Assembly (NCBI GenBank): GCA_964016885.1
Contig: OZ024741.1
Location: forward strand, 100,254,001-100,318,000
DNA from: Eledone cirrhosa
Taxonomy: Eukaryota
Direction of reading: 5' to 3'
Length of the DNA stretch: 64,000 bases
Made by a program: the position numbers and the translations under genes. The notes below the pieces were generated by a model, which worked only from the letters and a program-made list of their open reading frames with translations, was not told where the DNA came from and did no database searches. The number at the start of each line of letters is the position of its first letter. Position 1 is the first letter of the stretch. Below, one piece after another: positions 1-13,260 of the stretch.

Positions 1-496
1 GTTCGTGTCGACTTCTCTGACTTGTCACCTGCACTTCCTCCTTGACAAAGTTCCACTGCTTCATCCTGGAGACGAATAGCTCTGCATTGGACTTGGTCAG
101 ACCCATATCCCTGACCAAGTCATTGACTTCTTTTTGGTTTGGGAAGTGAGGAACTTTTTCTGGTACCCCAGTATCAATAAATCTTTTTAATCCACTTTTT
201 AACAATGTTATACTTTATTGCACTTTTATAATTTTCTTTAGGTATTACTCTTTATTTTATAATTTTAATTTAACCTGAAACATATATAAAAAAAATCATT
301 TAACATAAGCAAATTAAACTTACATACAACGTAAAATCCAGCATACAAATAATTCTAGTGAATAGCTTAGAATTTTTACAAACCCAAACTTTTAACTGTT
401 TAATAGCACTTTTTTTATTTATTTGGGACCTAAGCAACACAAACAAAGTGATTACAAGCCAGGAACAGAGAAATATTTTGTTTTTGTTACACGGTG
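1..496 (-). mobile_element. DNA transposon fragment: transposase-like piece at 1-178, probable terminus at 496
   Basis: Minus-strand translation of 178->1 is IDTGVPEKVPHFPNQKEVNDLVRDMGLTKSNAELFVSRMKQWNFVKEEVQVTSQRSRHE. This matches the NDLVRDL.LSK..AELL.SRL.QWN motif of a widespread invertebrate DNA-transposon protein family. CACCGTGTAACAAAAAC (minus, from 496) resembles a terminal inverted repeat start. Confidence 0.55.
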
Positions 497-689
497 AATC
501 AGAGAAGAGGTAGGTGTAAAAGCCAAACTCGCTATCTTCAATCTGGTTTTAGAGTCAACCCTTACCTGTACTCATGAATCTTGCCTAATGAACGAAAGAA
601 TACGATCATGAATACAAGAAGACGAAGGGTCTTTGAATTATTGTTACTCTATAACGTGCGTTGCACAAGGATCAGAGAATCGCTTCAGT

Positions 690-968
690 AGGAAACACTA
701 CTTCTCCGAATTGAGAGATCAAACCTCCGGTAATATGGGCATGTGGTTAGAATGTCTCAGGAAAGAATCGCTGATCAAATTTTATGCGGATCTCAAATTC
801 ATGGTCCTGGCTGCTGAGCCGAAGATGGAAACATTGCAAGTAGGGTATGGAGATTTTGGTGTGTGTTAGGGTGGGAGGAGGTGAACTCAAGGTGGAGTAG
901 GATTAAGAGGGTTTGTAGGTTTGTAGACGATGGAGTCAGAGAGGGTGTGGTGAGTGTGGTTGATAAAT

Positions 969-1001
<33 letters not shown>

Positions 1002-1570
1002 AGAGAAAAAGAGAGAGAAAGAGAGAGAGAGACTGAGAGAGAGATATCGGGAAAATGGACAAAAATAATTGGGCGGTAGGGAAGATGACGACAGGCGGGA
1101 AAGACTGAAAGAAGAAAAGAAAGAAGACAAGCTGCACAAGGGAAAGTGTGGTGGTGACGATACAATCGTCGATATACCACAGAAGTGGGTCCAGTATTTT
1201 GGCAGAAGCTCTGGAACTCCACGTAGCCAATGAATAATTTGACGTATTTCTGGCCTATTCTGTTCCACATGTCTACGCCAGAGACGTACTGCTAACAATC
1301 TCTGGAAAACAAAATCCCGTACAGGGTGAGGACGATCTCAGCCAGTCGAAGAATCAGGGTATACAGGGCGCAAATCCCAAAAGTGTAGGACAGAGCAGAT
1401 GTCATCATCATGAGGGATAACGGTGTAGACTGATGTGTTTTCCAGCGTGAAGAGAAGGCGAGAGGAGAAGAGACAGACTTGAACAGTCGAAGAGCATGAT
1501 TAGTCTCATGGATGTGGGAGAGGAGGTGGGTGACTAATAATGTGAGGAGGGTGTCAACGTAATGTGTGCG
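690..1570 (-). pseudogene. Decayed Penelope-like element reverse transcriptase (Neptune-type)
   Basis: Frameshifted pieces HETNHALRLF, ILRLAEIVLTL, KYVKLFIGYVE, YIDDCI (RT catalytic YxDD), FPDISL, VYKPT and SSHP appear in the order expected for PLE RT and thumb. A (GA)n tract interrupts the region. Confidence 0.8.
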
Positions 1571-2159
1571 TGTGTATATGTGTGTGTGTGTGTATGTATG
1601 TAGAAAAGTGAGCACAATGTGGCCAACACTCGGACAAACGGAAACCATCGTACGTTTAGAAAGAGTGGGAGAAAGAGTTACAGAGAGAGACAGACATACA
1701 TATACAATACATATATTTATATATACTTGCATATATAAACGTATAGATCTAAGAATATAACTGTTTAAATATCGTTTCTTCAAACCAAAAACTCCATGAA
1801 TTTGAAATGTCGAAGGAAAATGTATTTAAATTTCTTGACGCACATGAAAATAATTAAATTTCTTTACATATATGCACATGCTACCACATCATCGATTCCT
1901 TAAAATAAATTCAAAAGCCGTTCATCACAATGCCAAAATCTACAACAGCAACATTCGTTAAACAATTGTTTCCAACTACCAACAGCAGACTACCCATATA
2001 ACCCAATCTATATTTGTAAACATTTGTATGTTCTAATAAAATTCATTTTAACAGATAAAAAAATAATCTTGCCTGTGAAATTAAGTTACTACAATACATA
2101 TTCACGAAACAGCACCTGCTAAATGTCTAATAAGCCCCTCTAAAAAAATGTCTAAATTA

Positions 2160-2370
2160 TTCTTTCCACATTTTGTACAAGGCCAGTAATTTAAAGGGAA
2201 GAGCAAATCGAGTAAATCGACAGCAGTGCTTAACTGGTACTATATTTCATCAACTCCGTAAGGATGAATGGCAAAGGTAACTCCGGAGGGAGTTGAATAT
2301 AGACTGTAAAGGGCCGTAACTGAATGGCGTAAAACATGTCTGACGCTCTACCGGCATTACCAATCCATTA
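2160..2370 (-). mobile_element. Old, diverged copy of the tRNA-derived SINE
   Basis: Aligns by eye with the young SINE copies (caaggccag...actggtac...gtaaggatgaatggcaaagg...ctctacc...ccaatcc). Confidence 0.7.
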
Positions 2371-2511
2371 CCCTAAATAAATGTAAAAACTACGATCTCA
2401 AGATTAATAGAACCTTGTCTAATAAACACCACACACTTCTGATTTATCATATGTAATATATATATATGTATTTTATTTTCACATAGAGAGGCAGATATGT
2501 ATGCATGCTGT

Positions 2512-2615
2512 GTGTATGTATGTATGTATGTATGTATGTATGTATGTATGTATGTATGTATGTATGTATGTATGTATGTATGTATGTATGTATGTATGTA
2601 TGTATGTATGTATGT
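2512..2615. repeat. (TATG)n microsatellite
   Basis: Direct reading, about 25 units. Confidence 0.95.
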
Positions 2616-2988
2616 TATTCTTTCTCTTAATTTCGAGTACATTTTTGACCGGCTACCTTCCTGGTAGCAAGGTTGTAAAAGAAAAGAAATTGTCATCCCT
2701 TCGCAAGAATGTTTTGAAAATTTTGAAGTTACCAGCTATCGCAGTCATTTGTAGTCTATGAATTAGGAAGCTGCACTCATTGTCCATAAATCTAAGCTCA
2801 GTGATACTTTGGCCCAAGCGGGTTGGTATATAAACTCTAGCTCCAATATTGATAGGTATGAAGCTGAAGGTGTATCTTGGATACTGGATTTGCAAACTCC
2901 TCATCAATGTTCCGTAGATATCCTCCTTCTCTTGGATTTTTCTTACAACGTTGACATCAAGTGGGCAGCTGATCTCTACAACAGAGCA
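2616..2988 (-). mobile_element. 5'-truncated non-LTR retrotransposon of the restriction-like endonuclease (R4/Dong/NeSL-like) type: C-terminus and short 3' end
   Basis: Open frame CSVVEISCPLDVNV..K..EKEDIYG.L......IPINIGA..YIP..L......IHRLQ..AIAG..KIFKTFL resembles the RLE domain C-terminus. (CATA)n flanks both sides. Confidence 0.75.
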
Positions 2989-4214
2989 TGTATGTATGTA
3001 TGTATGTACGTATGATTTATGTAGGGATAGATGGATGGAGGAATGTATGAAAAAATGTATGTATATATGTAAGTATAAAACAACGCTTCTTTTCACATGA
3101 ATTCTGATAATAAAACATTTAAAAGCTCACTTAACCTGATAGATATAACAGCTAGATCAAATGCTTCCTGCATGAAACACTAACGTCATAGAAAACGACG
3201 CATCAAATATTGTGCTGCGTGCAGTGTATACAAGAAATATATATATTGGTTTAAGCTGAAAAGTTTTTGACCAAATGTCTTTACGACTAACATCAAAATC
3301 AGCCGCTGAATCTACCGACAGTTACACAGAGTAAAATAGTAGAGAGATGCAAGTTTCTGCAAGAAAATATTTGTAACTAAATGATATTAAGGAATGATTA
3401 ATAAAAATAGAATTGAAAAAAATGAACAGTGAAAAAACCTCTGATAACTGAACAACTTCTCGTAATGCTTACGGCGAACTGAATGTATTGATCTCTTTCA
3501 GGCTTCTCTCTCTTTTTCTCCCTATATGTCTTTCTTTCTCTGTCTGTATCTGTCTGCTTGTCACTCTTCTCGCTTGCTCTGTTTTTCCTTCCCTTCCCTC
3601 CCTCTCTCTCTCTCTCCTCCTCTATCTCTCCAACTCCTTTCTCTCTCTGTGTCTCATTCTCTGTCTCTCACTCACTCTCTTGCTCTTGTCTGAGTCATTA
3701 TCTTGAACTCGATCAACTATAATATAGGCTTGCTGTTACATGATCACATTTCCACCCCACACACGATATTAATCAGAAAAAAAATAGGCTATAGAGTGTA
3801 GAAGTATATTATAGCACCATTAAACATGTACCCAACAGTAATGAATCAATTTTTTTATCTCTTACAGCAAATTACATTTTCTCTCTATTTTTTGCTCCCT
3901 CTTTCTCATCCTCCGTTTCACTGCCTCCCAAGTACTTACTATCCTTCTGTAATTTTCTTCACAATTTCCCTTACTTGGTTACTCTATCACATGTTCGATT
4001 TAGCATAATGCAGTAATGGAATTTTAAATAAATACTACTGTTATTATCATTATTATTGTTGTTTTTGTTGTTGTTATTGTTTTCGTTTGTTATGATAAAC
4101 TTTTCGTATTGTCAATCGTTGGCCAATAGATAAAGTACCGTTCAAGTATTGGTGTTGATTTAATCGATTATCACTTCGTTTCAAATGTTAGTGCCCTTAT
4201 CGACATAAGGACAA

Positions 4215-4400
4215 TTCTTCTTCTTCTTCTTCTTCTTCTTCTTCTTCTTCTCACCCCCTTCATCATCATCATCATCAACATCATCATCATCATCATCATT
4301 TTCTTCTTCTTCTTCTTCTTCTTCTTCTTCTTCTTCTTCTTCTTCTTCTTCTTCTTCTTCTCCCCCCCCCCCCTCCTCATCTCCACCCCCTTTCTTCTTC
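4215..4400. repeat. Compound (TTC)n/(CAT)n microsatellite
   Basis: Direct reading; it explains the poly-K/E/D ORFs. Confidence 0.95.
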
Positions 4401-4859
4401 ATAGTCTTCTCAGTAAAATCTTAGTAAAATCTCAAGTAATCTTAGGAGTTGTCTATTATTCAAGGGTAGTAATCGACAACTCGTGGTTTCTAGCTCGTTC
4501 GCGTTTATCAATACAACACATTTCCCACTTCTGCTGAGATTAGGTTTGTGACGTTGGTTACAACTTTACAAATTCATAGCGAAAGGCTTTTGAATGTTTT
4601 TCATAAACATCCCATATAATATTTAATATACTATATGTACATATACAAGGAATAATTAGCTATATAAAAGAATATATTAAATGTGGAGCTTGTCAGCAGA
4701 TATCAGAAATGCAACAAAACTGCTAATGGTGATGATAATGCTCAACACTTTCCTCGATGTAAAACACGAAGGCAGTCTTATCATAAGTAAAACAGCTGTT
4801 CTTCAACACAATAAGTAGCGAAAACGTTTCGATGGATGCGTGTGACAGAGGTGCAGCCT

Positions 4860-5110
4860 GGAAAGAAATGCAAAATCGGGACTTTCATGGAACACGCTGG
4901 CAACATGCTCTTCGATTCCCGGCATATATGTGTAGGTTTCCAAGGCTATTATGTTCTCCATCCCTGTATGTGTGATGTGGTGAATCGAAGATTGCGGTAT
5001 CTGCATCGACAGCATAATGTGAATCTCAGCGGAAAGAAGCTTAGCGAAAAGCGGGTAATGGTAACTGAGATACGATTGTCAGTGAGTGGTCGGAAAGGGA
5101 AATCAGATTT
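4860..5110 (-). pseudogene. Possible degenerate Gypsy-type integrase zinc-binding fragment
   Basis: HHITHTGMENIIALETYTYMPGIEEHV resembles LH.GHPGI..MKALAR.YV.WPGID.DI. Heavily decayed. Confidence 0.3.
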
Positions 5111-5299
5111 CCTCTTTGTTGTGGCAATGGTGAATGAGATTGTTTAGTAAACAGGATTGAATGTACTAAAAACAGACACTTTAATTTTCTGTTACTCATA
5201 ACAATCCTTTCCTAATTGCTTTTGTAAGCGATAGGAATCGTACAATTACGAAATACATGTACGCACCTCCCTTATGTGAACTACATTTTATATCACCAC

Positions 5300-7430
5300 A
5301 GCTTTATTTAGTCTCACATACAGTACATCGATGTCAGTTACCTCCTTTTTCTTTATTGCCCCCCACCCCATTTTCATATGAAGACTGTAGTGTGTTTTAT
5401 AATATCTCAGAAAGTATCGATACGGCACATTCTCTATATCCTGCTGCAAATATCTTTGTGTTAGGTGACATTAATATCCATCATGTTGGCTGGCCTACTC
5501 ATTCTAACACTACTGATGTTGCTGGCTGACTTACTTTCAATATTTCAGTTACTCAAACTCTCAGGCACATTGTCAATTTCTCTAATAATTTTCTCGATAA
5601 TTCTGTTCAATAAGCACACACCATCATCTATGTCTTATCTCTTAACCTGGTTCTTGCCAAACATCAAACTGTCTTCTTGGCAATTCCGTTCATGTTGCGG
5701 GATCTATCGAAATATCCATTGATTCTTCTATTAGTCTTGATCCTCGTATTCACAAGACTTCTTTTTGTAACAATCGAACTGACTGGATCCGTTTCATGAT
5801 TTTCCTTTGAGTGGTATCTTTAAACTGCTCACTTACAATTGTGCTACTAAGGTTTTATAGTCAGTGAAAATGCAATTTATGATATTGTGCTATTTTGCAG
5901 ATACAAGGTAAAACTTCAGTCAAATTGGTTTACACCTGACGGCTGAGGTGCTATTGTCCACTAGCACTAACAGCATGGTTTCCAATGTCACCTTAAAACA
6001 TTATCTACATGAAACATTTTATCCTGATAGTATTCTTGTCCTCGGCTTGTGAAACTATTTTTCCTGAACTAGCTCCTGATCTATCTAAACTTTACAAATA
6101 CTGCTTTCCAGATTCTTGCTATAAATATTGTTGAAAATTATCATCTGTTCCAGTTTTTATGAAACCTGGGGGAGACGTTTGGTACTTCTATCTATTGACA
6201 TATTAATTTCTGCCTCGTTTTGTTAAAATGTTTGAGGCTTTAATAATATCTGAATGTCTTAAGCTCTTTACCTTACTTGGCCTGCTTTCAGATAATCAAT
6301 ATGATTTTTGTTTCTCACAATGAACTTTTGATGTTTTAACAATTAGCGCTGAGAGTGTCAGCCCCGCTGGAGATAAATTTGGTGAAGCTAAGTCTATTGC
6401 TTTAGATATTACTAAGGATTTTGTCAGGGTTTGGCATGTTTGTCGCTTTCATAAGGTGAGAGGTTATGAGGTTTCTGGGAAGATTGTAAAACAGATTCAG
6501 TCTTTCTTAAAAAATCATGGACTGGATATTGTCTTGAATGACCAGTCTTCAAGATGTTGGCTCAATAACGTAGGTGTTCATCAACGCTTTATTCTGTCCC
6601 CTGTTCATAATCGTTTTCAATGGTCTTCTCGATGACATTGTTCTGTTTGATATCTACGCTAATCATTCAACTCTCTTTCTTGTCTTAATGGAATATCTGA
6701 TGTGTTTGATAAAATTGAATTTGAAGCTTGAATACGACATTCGATATGTTGTTGAGTACGACAAGCAAATGGTTGTTAACTTTAATATATGTAAAATTAC
6801 ACCACTATAATCACCATATATCACAAATTTTGGCTTCCATGTTTTCCAGGAGAGCAACTCCATAAACCTTCTTGAACAAGAATGATTATATCATATCGAT
6901 AGCCGAGTTTGCTGCCTAGAAATTTGTTCGCTTTATCGTGCCAAATATATCCTCTATATTCATACATTTACCATTCGTGCATGTGTTGGGTACTATTGAC
7001 ATATCTGACTTAGTGGTTTTCCGAGTCTAGATTAAATGCAATTAAGTATCGTCATCATTATTAGTCCTGAAGTATCATATCAGATTTATTCATTATCGTA
7101 CCGTAAAAACATTGCCTCTCTTAATAAATAGTTTATTGGGAACCGTTCTGATGATCTTTCATAATAGTTGCATCGTCTTCATGACTTTAAACGAAGCAGC
7201 TATTTGACGACTAGATCTCATTCATGTACAGTTAAAATACTATAATCGCAAGTTCTATTCTAATAGGTTTCCCATCACACATAATGCATTTATCTTCCAC
7301 TACAATTTCCCAAAATCCCAAAGCAACATCAATCAATTTCTCTTTCCTTGACATATTTTCTCAGTGTTTCGTCCTTCACCCCTCTCAGTAACCCCTTGCA
7401 ATTTAGTGCCTTTATTTTCTTCCTTGAGGT
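5300..7430 (+). pseudogene. Decayed CR1/Zenon- or Jockey-group LINE ORF2 (AP endonuclease + RT)
   Basis: DCSVFYNISESIDTAHSLYPAANIFVLGDINIHH (endonuclease); SDNQY.F, ALDKFGEAKSIALDITK.F.RVWH and DIYAN.STL (RT motifs) with many stops and frameshifts. Confidence 0.8.
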
Positions 7431-7529
7431 GAGCAATAAAGAAAAATTAAAATTAAAATAACTGTGAATGACTACAAATAGGCCGTTATATAAGTGTCTT
7501 GCTGTTAGTGAGTTGGATTTGCGATAGCA

Positions 7530-9470
7530 TGTCATGAAGTCGTAGACTAATATTCTATTAGGTGGAGACGTTCTCTGGCAATGAACGGAAATAATACCTC
7601 ATTATGAGGAACGGTGAGAACAATTACACACAAAGACAAAACCACGTAGATAGTATAACAGAAGTCGTAGACTAAAATTCTATTTAGGAAATGGAATGAT
7701 TCTCGGCTACAGAGTTAAGAATAAAATAAATAAAATACAGGGGTAATTGAAATATATATATATATACACGCATCCAATACGTACATACACAACCATTACT
7801 GAAAACACTCGCTATGGGTATGCAAATACAAGCACGTCAACCCGATTCCTACAATTACAGTTAGTACGAGCTACAGAGTTGCACGTGTTCCTACGGCTAG
7901 GTAATTTAGCTAAATTTGAAGCTGTGATGTTATGTGCAAGTTTAGGAATCGTAGAGTAAGAAATTTTAATGGTATTTCTATTAAAATTTTTCTATATTTA
8001 TGAGCTGGGGGGAAATGGCTTCATAATAAGGGAGAGAAAGATCTTAGCTAATGGTGTGGCCACCTCCATATTATATGGTGGGTTATTTTTCCTATGTCTA
8101 TTCTCGTACTCTGTATATGCTACCTTATCCACAAATCCACTCCGAGCAAGAGCTTCATTGTAATATGTGGAATGGTCGTTGAAAATATGCTCGTTTGTAG
8201 ATAGACGGGAAAGCCTCAAAGAAACGTTTCTTACCAGGTTCTTGGTTATGCTGGCAGGATGGTTAGAATGCTTACTTAATTAATTAAGAGTAGCATTCGG
8301 CTTTCTATACGGGTAGTGCAAGCCATACGACAAATTGAGGGTAACGTCGAGGTAATTAACGACTGAGAGGTTGGCTTCAACCTGTATGGAGAGGTTGAAG
8401 CCTTTAAAGAAGGCTGTGAGTTCTTTTCTGAACCTGTCACAAGCACGTGGGCCGCAATTTGTCATGGCCAAAAGACCGTCATCACGGTACAAACCACCTC
8501 CCACGTTGGGGAATTCCTCCTTGATAGAGAAAAGAAGGGAAAGGCCGATAAGATCAGTAACCTCCGCAGAATCACTGGCGCCCATACTCACGTCGAATGG
8601 GGTACTATTAGATTTGTTTATCCAAATAGAGTCGTCAAAATTAATTACCAACTTATGGGCATTGAGGATGACATCAACTTCGAAATCCTTAACCGCTGTG
8701 AGTGTTTTAGCGAAATTGAAGCTCTAAGTAGAAGTGGTAAAGTAATGGAGGAATAGTAATTATTGATGTATGTCGAATTGGATAAAACGTCAATGTTCCC
8801 TGTTGCATAAGCCGTTGAACCAATCAATCACCGCGAAAGAATTGTTCCACGGTGCAAGAGGGGCTAAACTTCTAATTTCAGGTATTCTATCTAAAATCCT
8901 TTTACTAAGTCTACTTAAATCGGATATATATAACAGATTAAAGTTTAAGCAAATAATTGCTGCTTTCACCCTTAATAGGATTTTCTGAAACTAAAAAAAT
9001 CAATCTGTGAACGCAGAAGTAAATATTTCGAATAAAATTGCAACCGAAGGAAGATAGGAATACTTAGGTTCGTGGACACGTTCCCAGGCAAAAGAAGATA
9101 ATACGTCATTATTTGGAGCGGGGAAAACAATTACACGCAAAGACAAAACCACGTTTGTGGTATAAATCGTGGACTAATATTCTATTAGGTGTTTCGTGGA
9201 GACGTTCTCTGGCAATGAACGGAAAAAACAAAGGTAGTATCGTCTTCCTGTCTTCCTTCGGTCGCAACGTTTTTCGAAATATTTACTTCTGCTTTCACAG
9301 ATTGAATTTTTTAGTTTCAGAAGATCTCGTTAAAGGTGAAAGCAGCGATTCTTTGCTAACACTTTAATTCTGTTATTTTAATAAATATGTGCTCTACGGT
9401 TCTTATATATTTGATATATATTTATCCTTATCGAACCCTCTTTGAATATTAGTCTTCAAATTTATTATTA
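7530..9470 (-). mobile_element. Naiad-type Penelope-like element: internally deleted RT flanked by pseudo-LTR pieces, with an inverted pLTR arm at 9230-9470
   Basis: RT at 7835-8930. Segments 7530-7740 and 8930-9230 match 39840-40330, and 9230-9460 is the same sequence in the opposite orientation. Confidence 0.8.
7835..8930 (-). pseudogene. Naiad-clade PLE reverse transcriptase/thumb fragment
   Basis: FDVSMGASDSAEVTDLIGL...GLYRDDGL...VNYLDVTLNL...PYRKPN...SNHP...RLSRLS...FNRNTIKISYS...CNCR. The YRDDG catalytic motif is typical of Naiad PLEs. Frameshifts are present. Confidence 0.85.
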
Positions 9471-9763
9471 TTACTATATATATATATATATATATATAAA
9501 CCGAAAAAATGAAACGAAATTTCATTTCCCACTCTTAGTACGGCTGTTACTTAAATATAAGTATGTACAAGTACATACATATATGTATACAGACGTACAG
9601 TAGTATGTATATATGTATACATACATGCACACATATATATATGTACGTATGGATTCACCGAACATTTATGATAATACTCGGTGTGTTTGTAAACAAACAT
9701 CCCGTATTAAGCCGTAGTGTGTAGCAACCATCGTTGCTCGTTTGTTCAACTCTGACAAAGGAA

Positions 9764-9804
9764 CGCTGTACTAGTTTCAAGCTTATTAGCTATCGTCAGC
9801 AACG
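9764..9804 (-). ncRNA. Type I hammerhead ribozyme
   Basis: Reverse complement reads cgttg-CTGACGA-t agct aata agct t-GAAAC ta GTA-cagcg. Confidence 0.8.
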
Positions 9805-10065
9805 TATACGTTCCTGCCAGATTGTTGAACGTATATACTTACCTTATGCATATTAACGGCTATACATATATGTATGTACGTGTACATAATTATATTTAAT
9901 TAACAGCCGTACTAGGAGTGGGAAATGAAATTTCGTTTAATTTTTTCATTTTATCGTTTTCGGTTCACCCGGCCGATTAACCCACTCGATATGCAAATTG
10001 GGCTACTCAGCCGTTAATAAACATAAGGTAAGTATATACGTTCAACAATCTGGCAGGAAGGTATA

Positions 10066-10106
10066 CGTTGCTGACGATAGCTAATAAGCTTGAAACTAGT
10101 ACAGCG
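10066..10106 (+). ncRNA. Type I hammerhead ribozyme (minimal, palindromic stem III ACTAGT)
   Basis: Stem I cgttg/cagcg, core CTGACGA, stem II agct/agct, GAAAC-ta-GTA cleavage triplet. Confidence 0.85.
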
Positions 10107-10487
10107 TTCCTTTTTCAGTGTTGACCAAACGAGCAACGATGGTTGCTAGACACTACGGCTTAATACGGGATGTTTGTTTACAAACACACCGAGCATTATC
10201 ATAAATGTGTTCGGTGAATCTAAACGTACATATATATATGTGTGCATGTATGTATACATATATACATACTACTGTACGTCTGTATACATATATGTATGTA
10301 CGTGTACATACTTATATTTAAGTAACAGCCGTACTGAGAGTGGGAAATGAAATTTCGTTTAATTTTTTCAGTCTATCGTTTTCGGTGCACCCGGCCGATT
10401 AACCCACTCGATATGCAAATTGGGCTACTCAGCCGTTAATATGCATAAGGTAAGTATATACGTTCAACAATCTGACAGGAAGGTATA

Positions 10488-10528
10488 CGTTGCTGACGAT
10501 AGCTAATAAGCTTGAAACAAGTACAGCG
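10488..10528 (+). ncRNA. Type I hammerhead ribozyme (second tandem copy)
   Basis: Same fold as 10066; loop III reads aa instead of ta. Confidence 0.75.
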
Positions 10529-10729
10529 TTCCTTTGTCAGTGTTGAACAAACGAGCAACGATGGTTGCTAGACACTAAGGCTTAATACGGGATGTTTGTT
10601 TTTCAAACACACCGTGTATTATCATAAATGTTCGGTGAATCCATACGTACATATATATATGTGTGCATGTATGTATACATATATACATACTACTGTACGC
10701 CTGTATACATATATGTATGTACGTGTACA

Positions 10730-10779
<50 letters not shown>

Positions 10780-11524
10780 AAATTAATTTAATTAAAATAA
10801 GTTAAGGGAGTCATGTCGGAAACATGCGCCATATCCACCTTAGATGTGTAAACACAGATAGTTAAATCGCCTCCCTTGCTGTAGGACCGAGATTTGACTA
10901 CTGTGACTTTACGGATTAATGGTGGAATCTATTTCTTTAATGAAATATATACAAGGACGTGTAATAATTTTTTAAAAGGTAATATTTGAAGCTCTAGTTA
11001 AACTTTAATTAATTACCTACCTAGCTATGCGTGATTACACACTTTACTAATTATTCCCTGTGATTGTTTCATGTGTTTATTTTAAATATATATATATATG
11101 TCAATCAATTTCTAGTTGATATAAATATATATATATATATATGTGTGTTTCTGTAGGTGTATGTGCGTATGTGTGCGCGTATGTGAGCTTGTGTGCGTGT
11201 GTTATTGTGTGTGTGTGTTGGCTACATCTACCATCGTCATCCTTCATCATCATCCACTTCCTTATTGCTTAGATCAACAATAGCCATACTGTTTACTGTA
11301 TCCTCTGACCCCACCTCCACCTCTCTCGATCTGCTCCTTCTTTTCTAAAGCACAGTCAATATTTTGCATTTTTTTCATTTTCCCCGTCAATGTGGGCATG
11401 CATACACTCAAAGACACAAACCTAATGATCATTATAATGATACGGTGAAGATGATGGTTGTAATACTCTCGGTGGTAGTTATGATGATGACGATAATCAT
11501 GATGGGGATGAATATGATGGTGGG

Positions 11525-11608
11525 AAGAAGAAGAAGAAGAAGAAGAAGAAGAAGAAGAAGAAGAAGAAGAAGAAGAAGAAGAAGAAGAAGAAGAAGAAGA
11601 AGAAGAAA
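11525..11608. repeat. (AAG)n microsatellite
   Basis: Direct reading. Confidence 0.95.
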
Positions 11609-12929
11609 GTGACGACTAGGGGGACTGATATGTCGATAATTATGATCATCACGATAAACATCGTTGTCAACAACACTTTCCCACGCTATCATTATCAGAA
11701 TTAACATTATCATTAACTTTGATTCTTTATGTAATTTCTTCTTGCAAAACAACAAAGACATCAAAAACAAAAATATCATAAATAAATAAATGATCCCTGA
11801 TGTATAACTAATTCAAAAGATTAAAAAAAAAAAAAAAATAGATCTTTGATTTTTTTCTACGGAAATCAGGAATCCAGGAAGTGATTAACTTTCTGTTTAT
11901 AGCCACAAAACGCTTTAATTTTTTTTTAAACTGACTTTCCTTCTTACAAAAGGATTGCAAATTTTTCTCGAACCAGAATTCGTTAAATCTTCAGGTCTCC
12001 ATTACACTCTGATAAACTGGAAAAGATCATGAAAAAACATGAAAAAGAAAATTATAAAAAGGGAACGTGGAAAAAATGCTTAAGAATGAGAAAAAAGTCG
12101 TGATAGAAATAAGTGATAATAGACATGTAGTATTAAATGCATATTTCGATTTTTAGCGATGCACGAACAACATCAAAATCACAGTAACACGTTCGTTGCA
12201 TGTAACAGTGTATTCAAGAACAAGGCGTGGAATCACGAAACAAATTTACTTTCAAATGAGTGATATTTCTTTATGTATTCTGGGAATCGTCATCCTACAA
12301 TGAATAACGAAAATGAAAAATACTTCAATGAATTTTGAACATTACATGCAATAAGGGCGGCGCATTTAGCAGATATATTATGGATATCGCAAAATTATTT
12401 TTTGGTAATTGATTCAATTCACATCTAAACACTTTATATTTCATCCTCTTGGTATTTATGTAATAAATACCAAGCAAGAATTGCTAGTGACCAATTTAAT
12501 TGACTTCGCCTTTGACTTCACAATATTTTGTGGTATACAAATATGAAATATCATATCACATAGGCATAAAGCCAGAATTTGACGGGTGTATCAATCAATT
12601 ACATGAACTACAATATTGTACTATATTTTACTTGTACCGAATGGATCAAAGTTGATTTCGCTGGTATTAGAGCAGAGAAAACAAATGGCCTCAATTAAAT
12701 AAACCAAGGTATTCAACCCAATGTTCTAAAGAATGTGTCAAACCACAAAAGTATCAGTAACATTATAAAATATCGGAATTAATGCGTAATTAAATAACAA
12801 GAACTGTGGTATTTAGTTACTCCCACTTATTTACGTAAATAGCATCTCGATCATTTAAACATTTAAAAAGTCTTACATTTGTACTAAACTATCATTTCTG
12901 ATGATGGTTATACAAGAGGGAGGAACTAG

Positions 12930-13260
12930 TCGCATGAATCGCTTGCATTGCTAAGTTCGTCTATGGATTTGATGAATGGTCCTGAAGAAACAAAAACAAA
13001 AGCATGAATACGAGTTGATAAATATCTGGTGAATGAAAGGAGAAAAAGATAAATGTTGTAATATCGCTTACCCAGACAGAGGACATGCTGCACTACATGT
13101 TGAAGAAAAACTACAACTAACGAAAACAAAGCAGTGTAAGGCAAATTAACCATGGTCGAAACTCCGCAGTGAAAAAGATACGATGCGCTTAACTTCTTTA
13201 GTGTCGTAGACGAGATAACTCCTCCTAACATGTATGCATTCCACCAGTTCATAACTTCAA
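12930..13260 (-). pseudogene. Very old LINE RT fragment
   Basis: LFHCGVSTMVNLPYTALFSL resembles a decayed GVPQGS.LGP.LFS motif. Confidence 0.3.

Larger units (their letters stand above)
9498..10735. mobile_element. ORF-less HHR element: one inverted arm (about 9498-9890) plus about two tandem 422-bp units (about 9860-10735), flanked by (TA)n
   Basis: 9500-9860 is the reverse complement of the unit. The unit repeats at a 422-bp offset (CTGACGA at 10071 and 10493). Confidence 0.85.
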
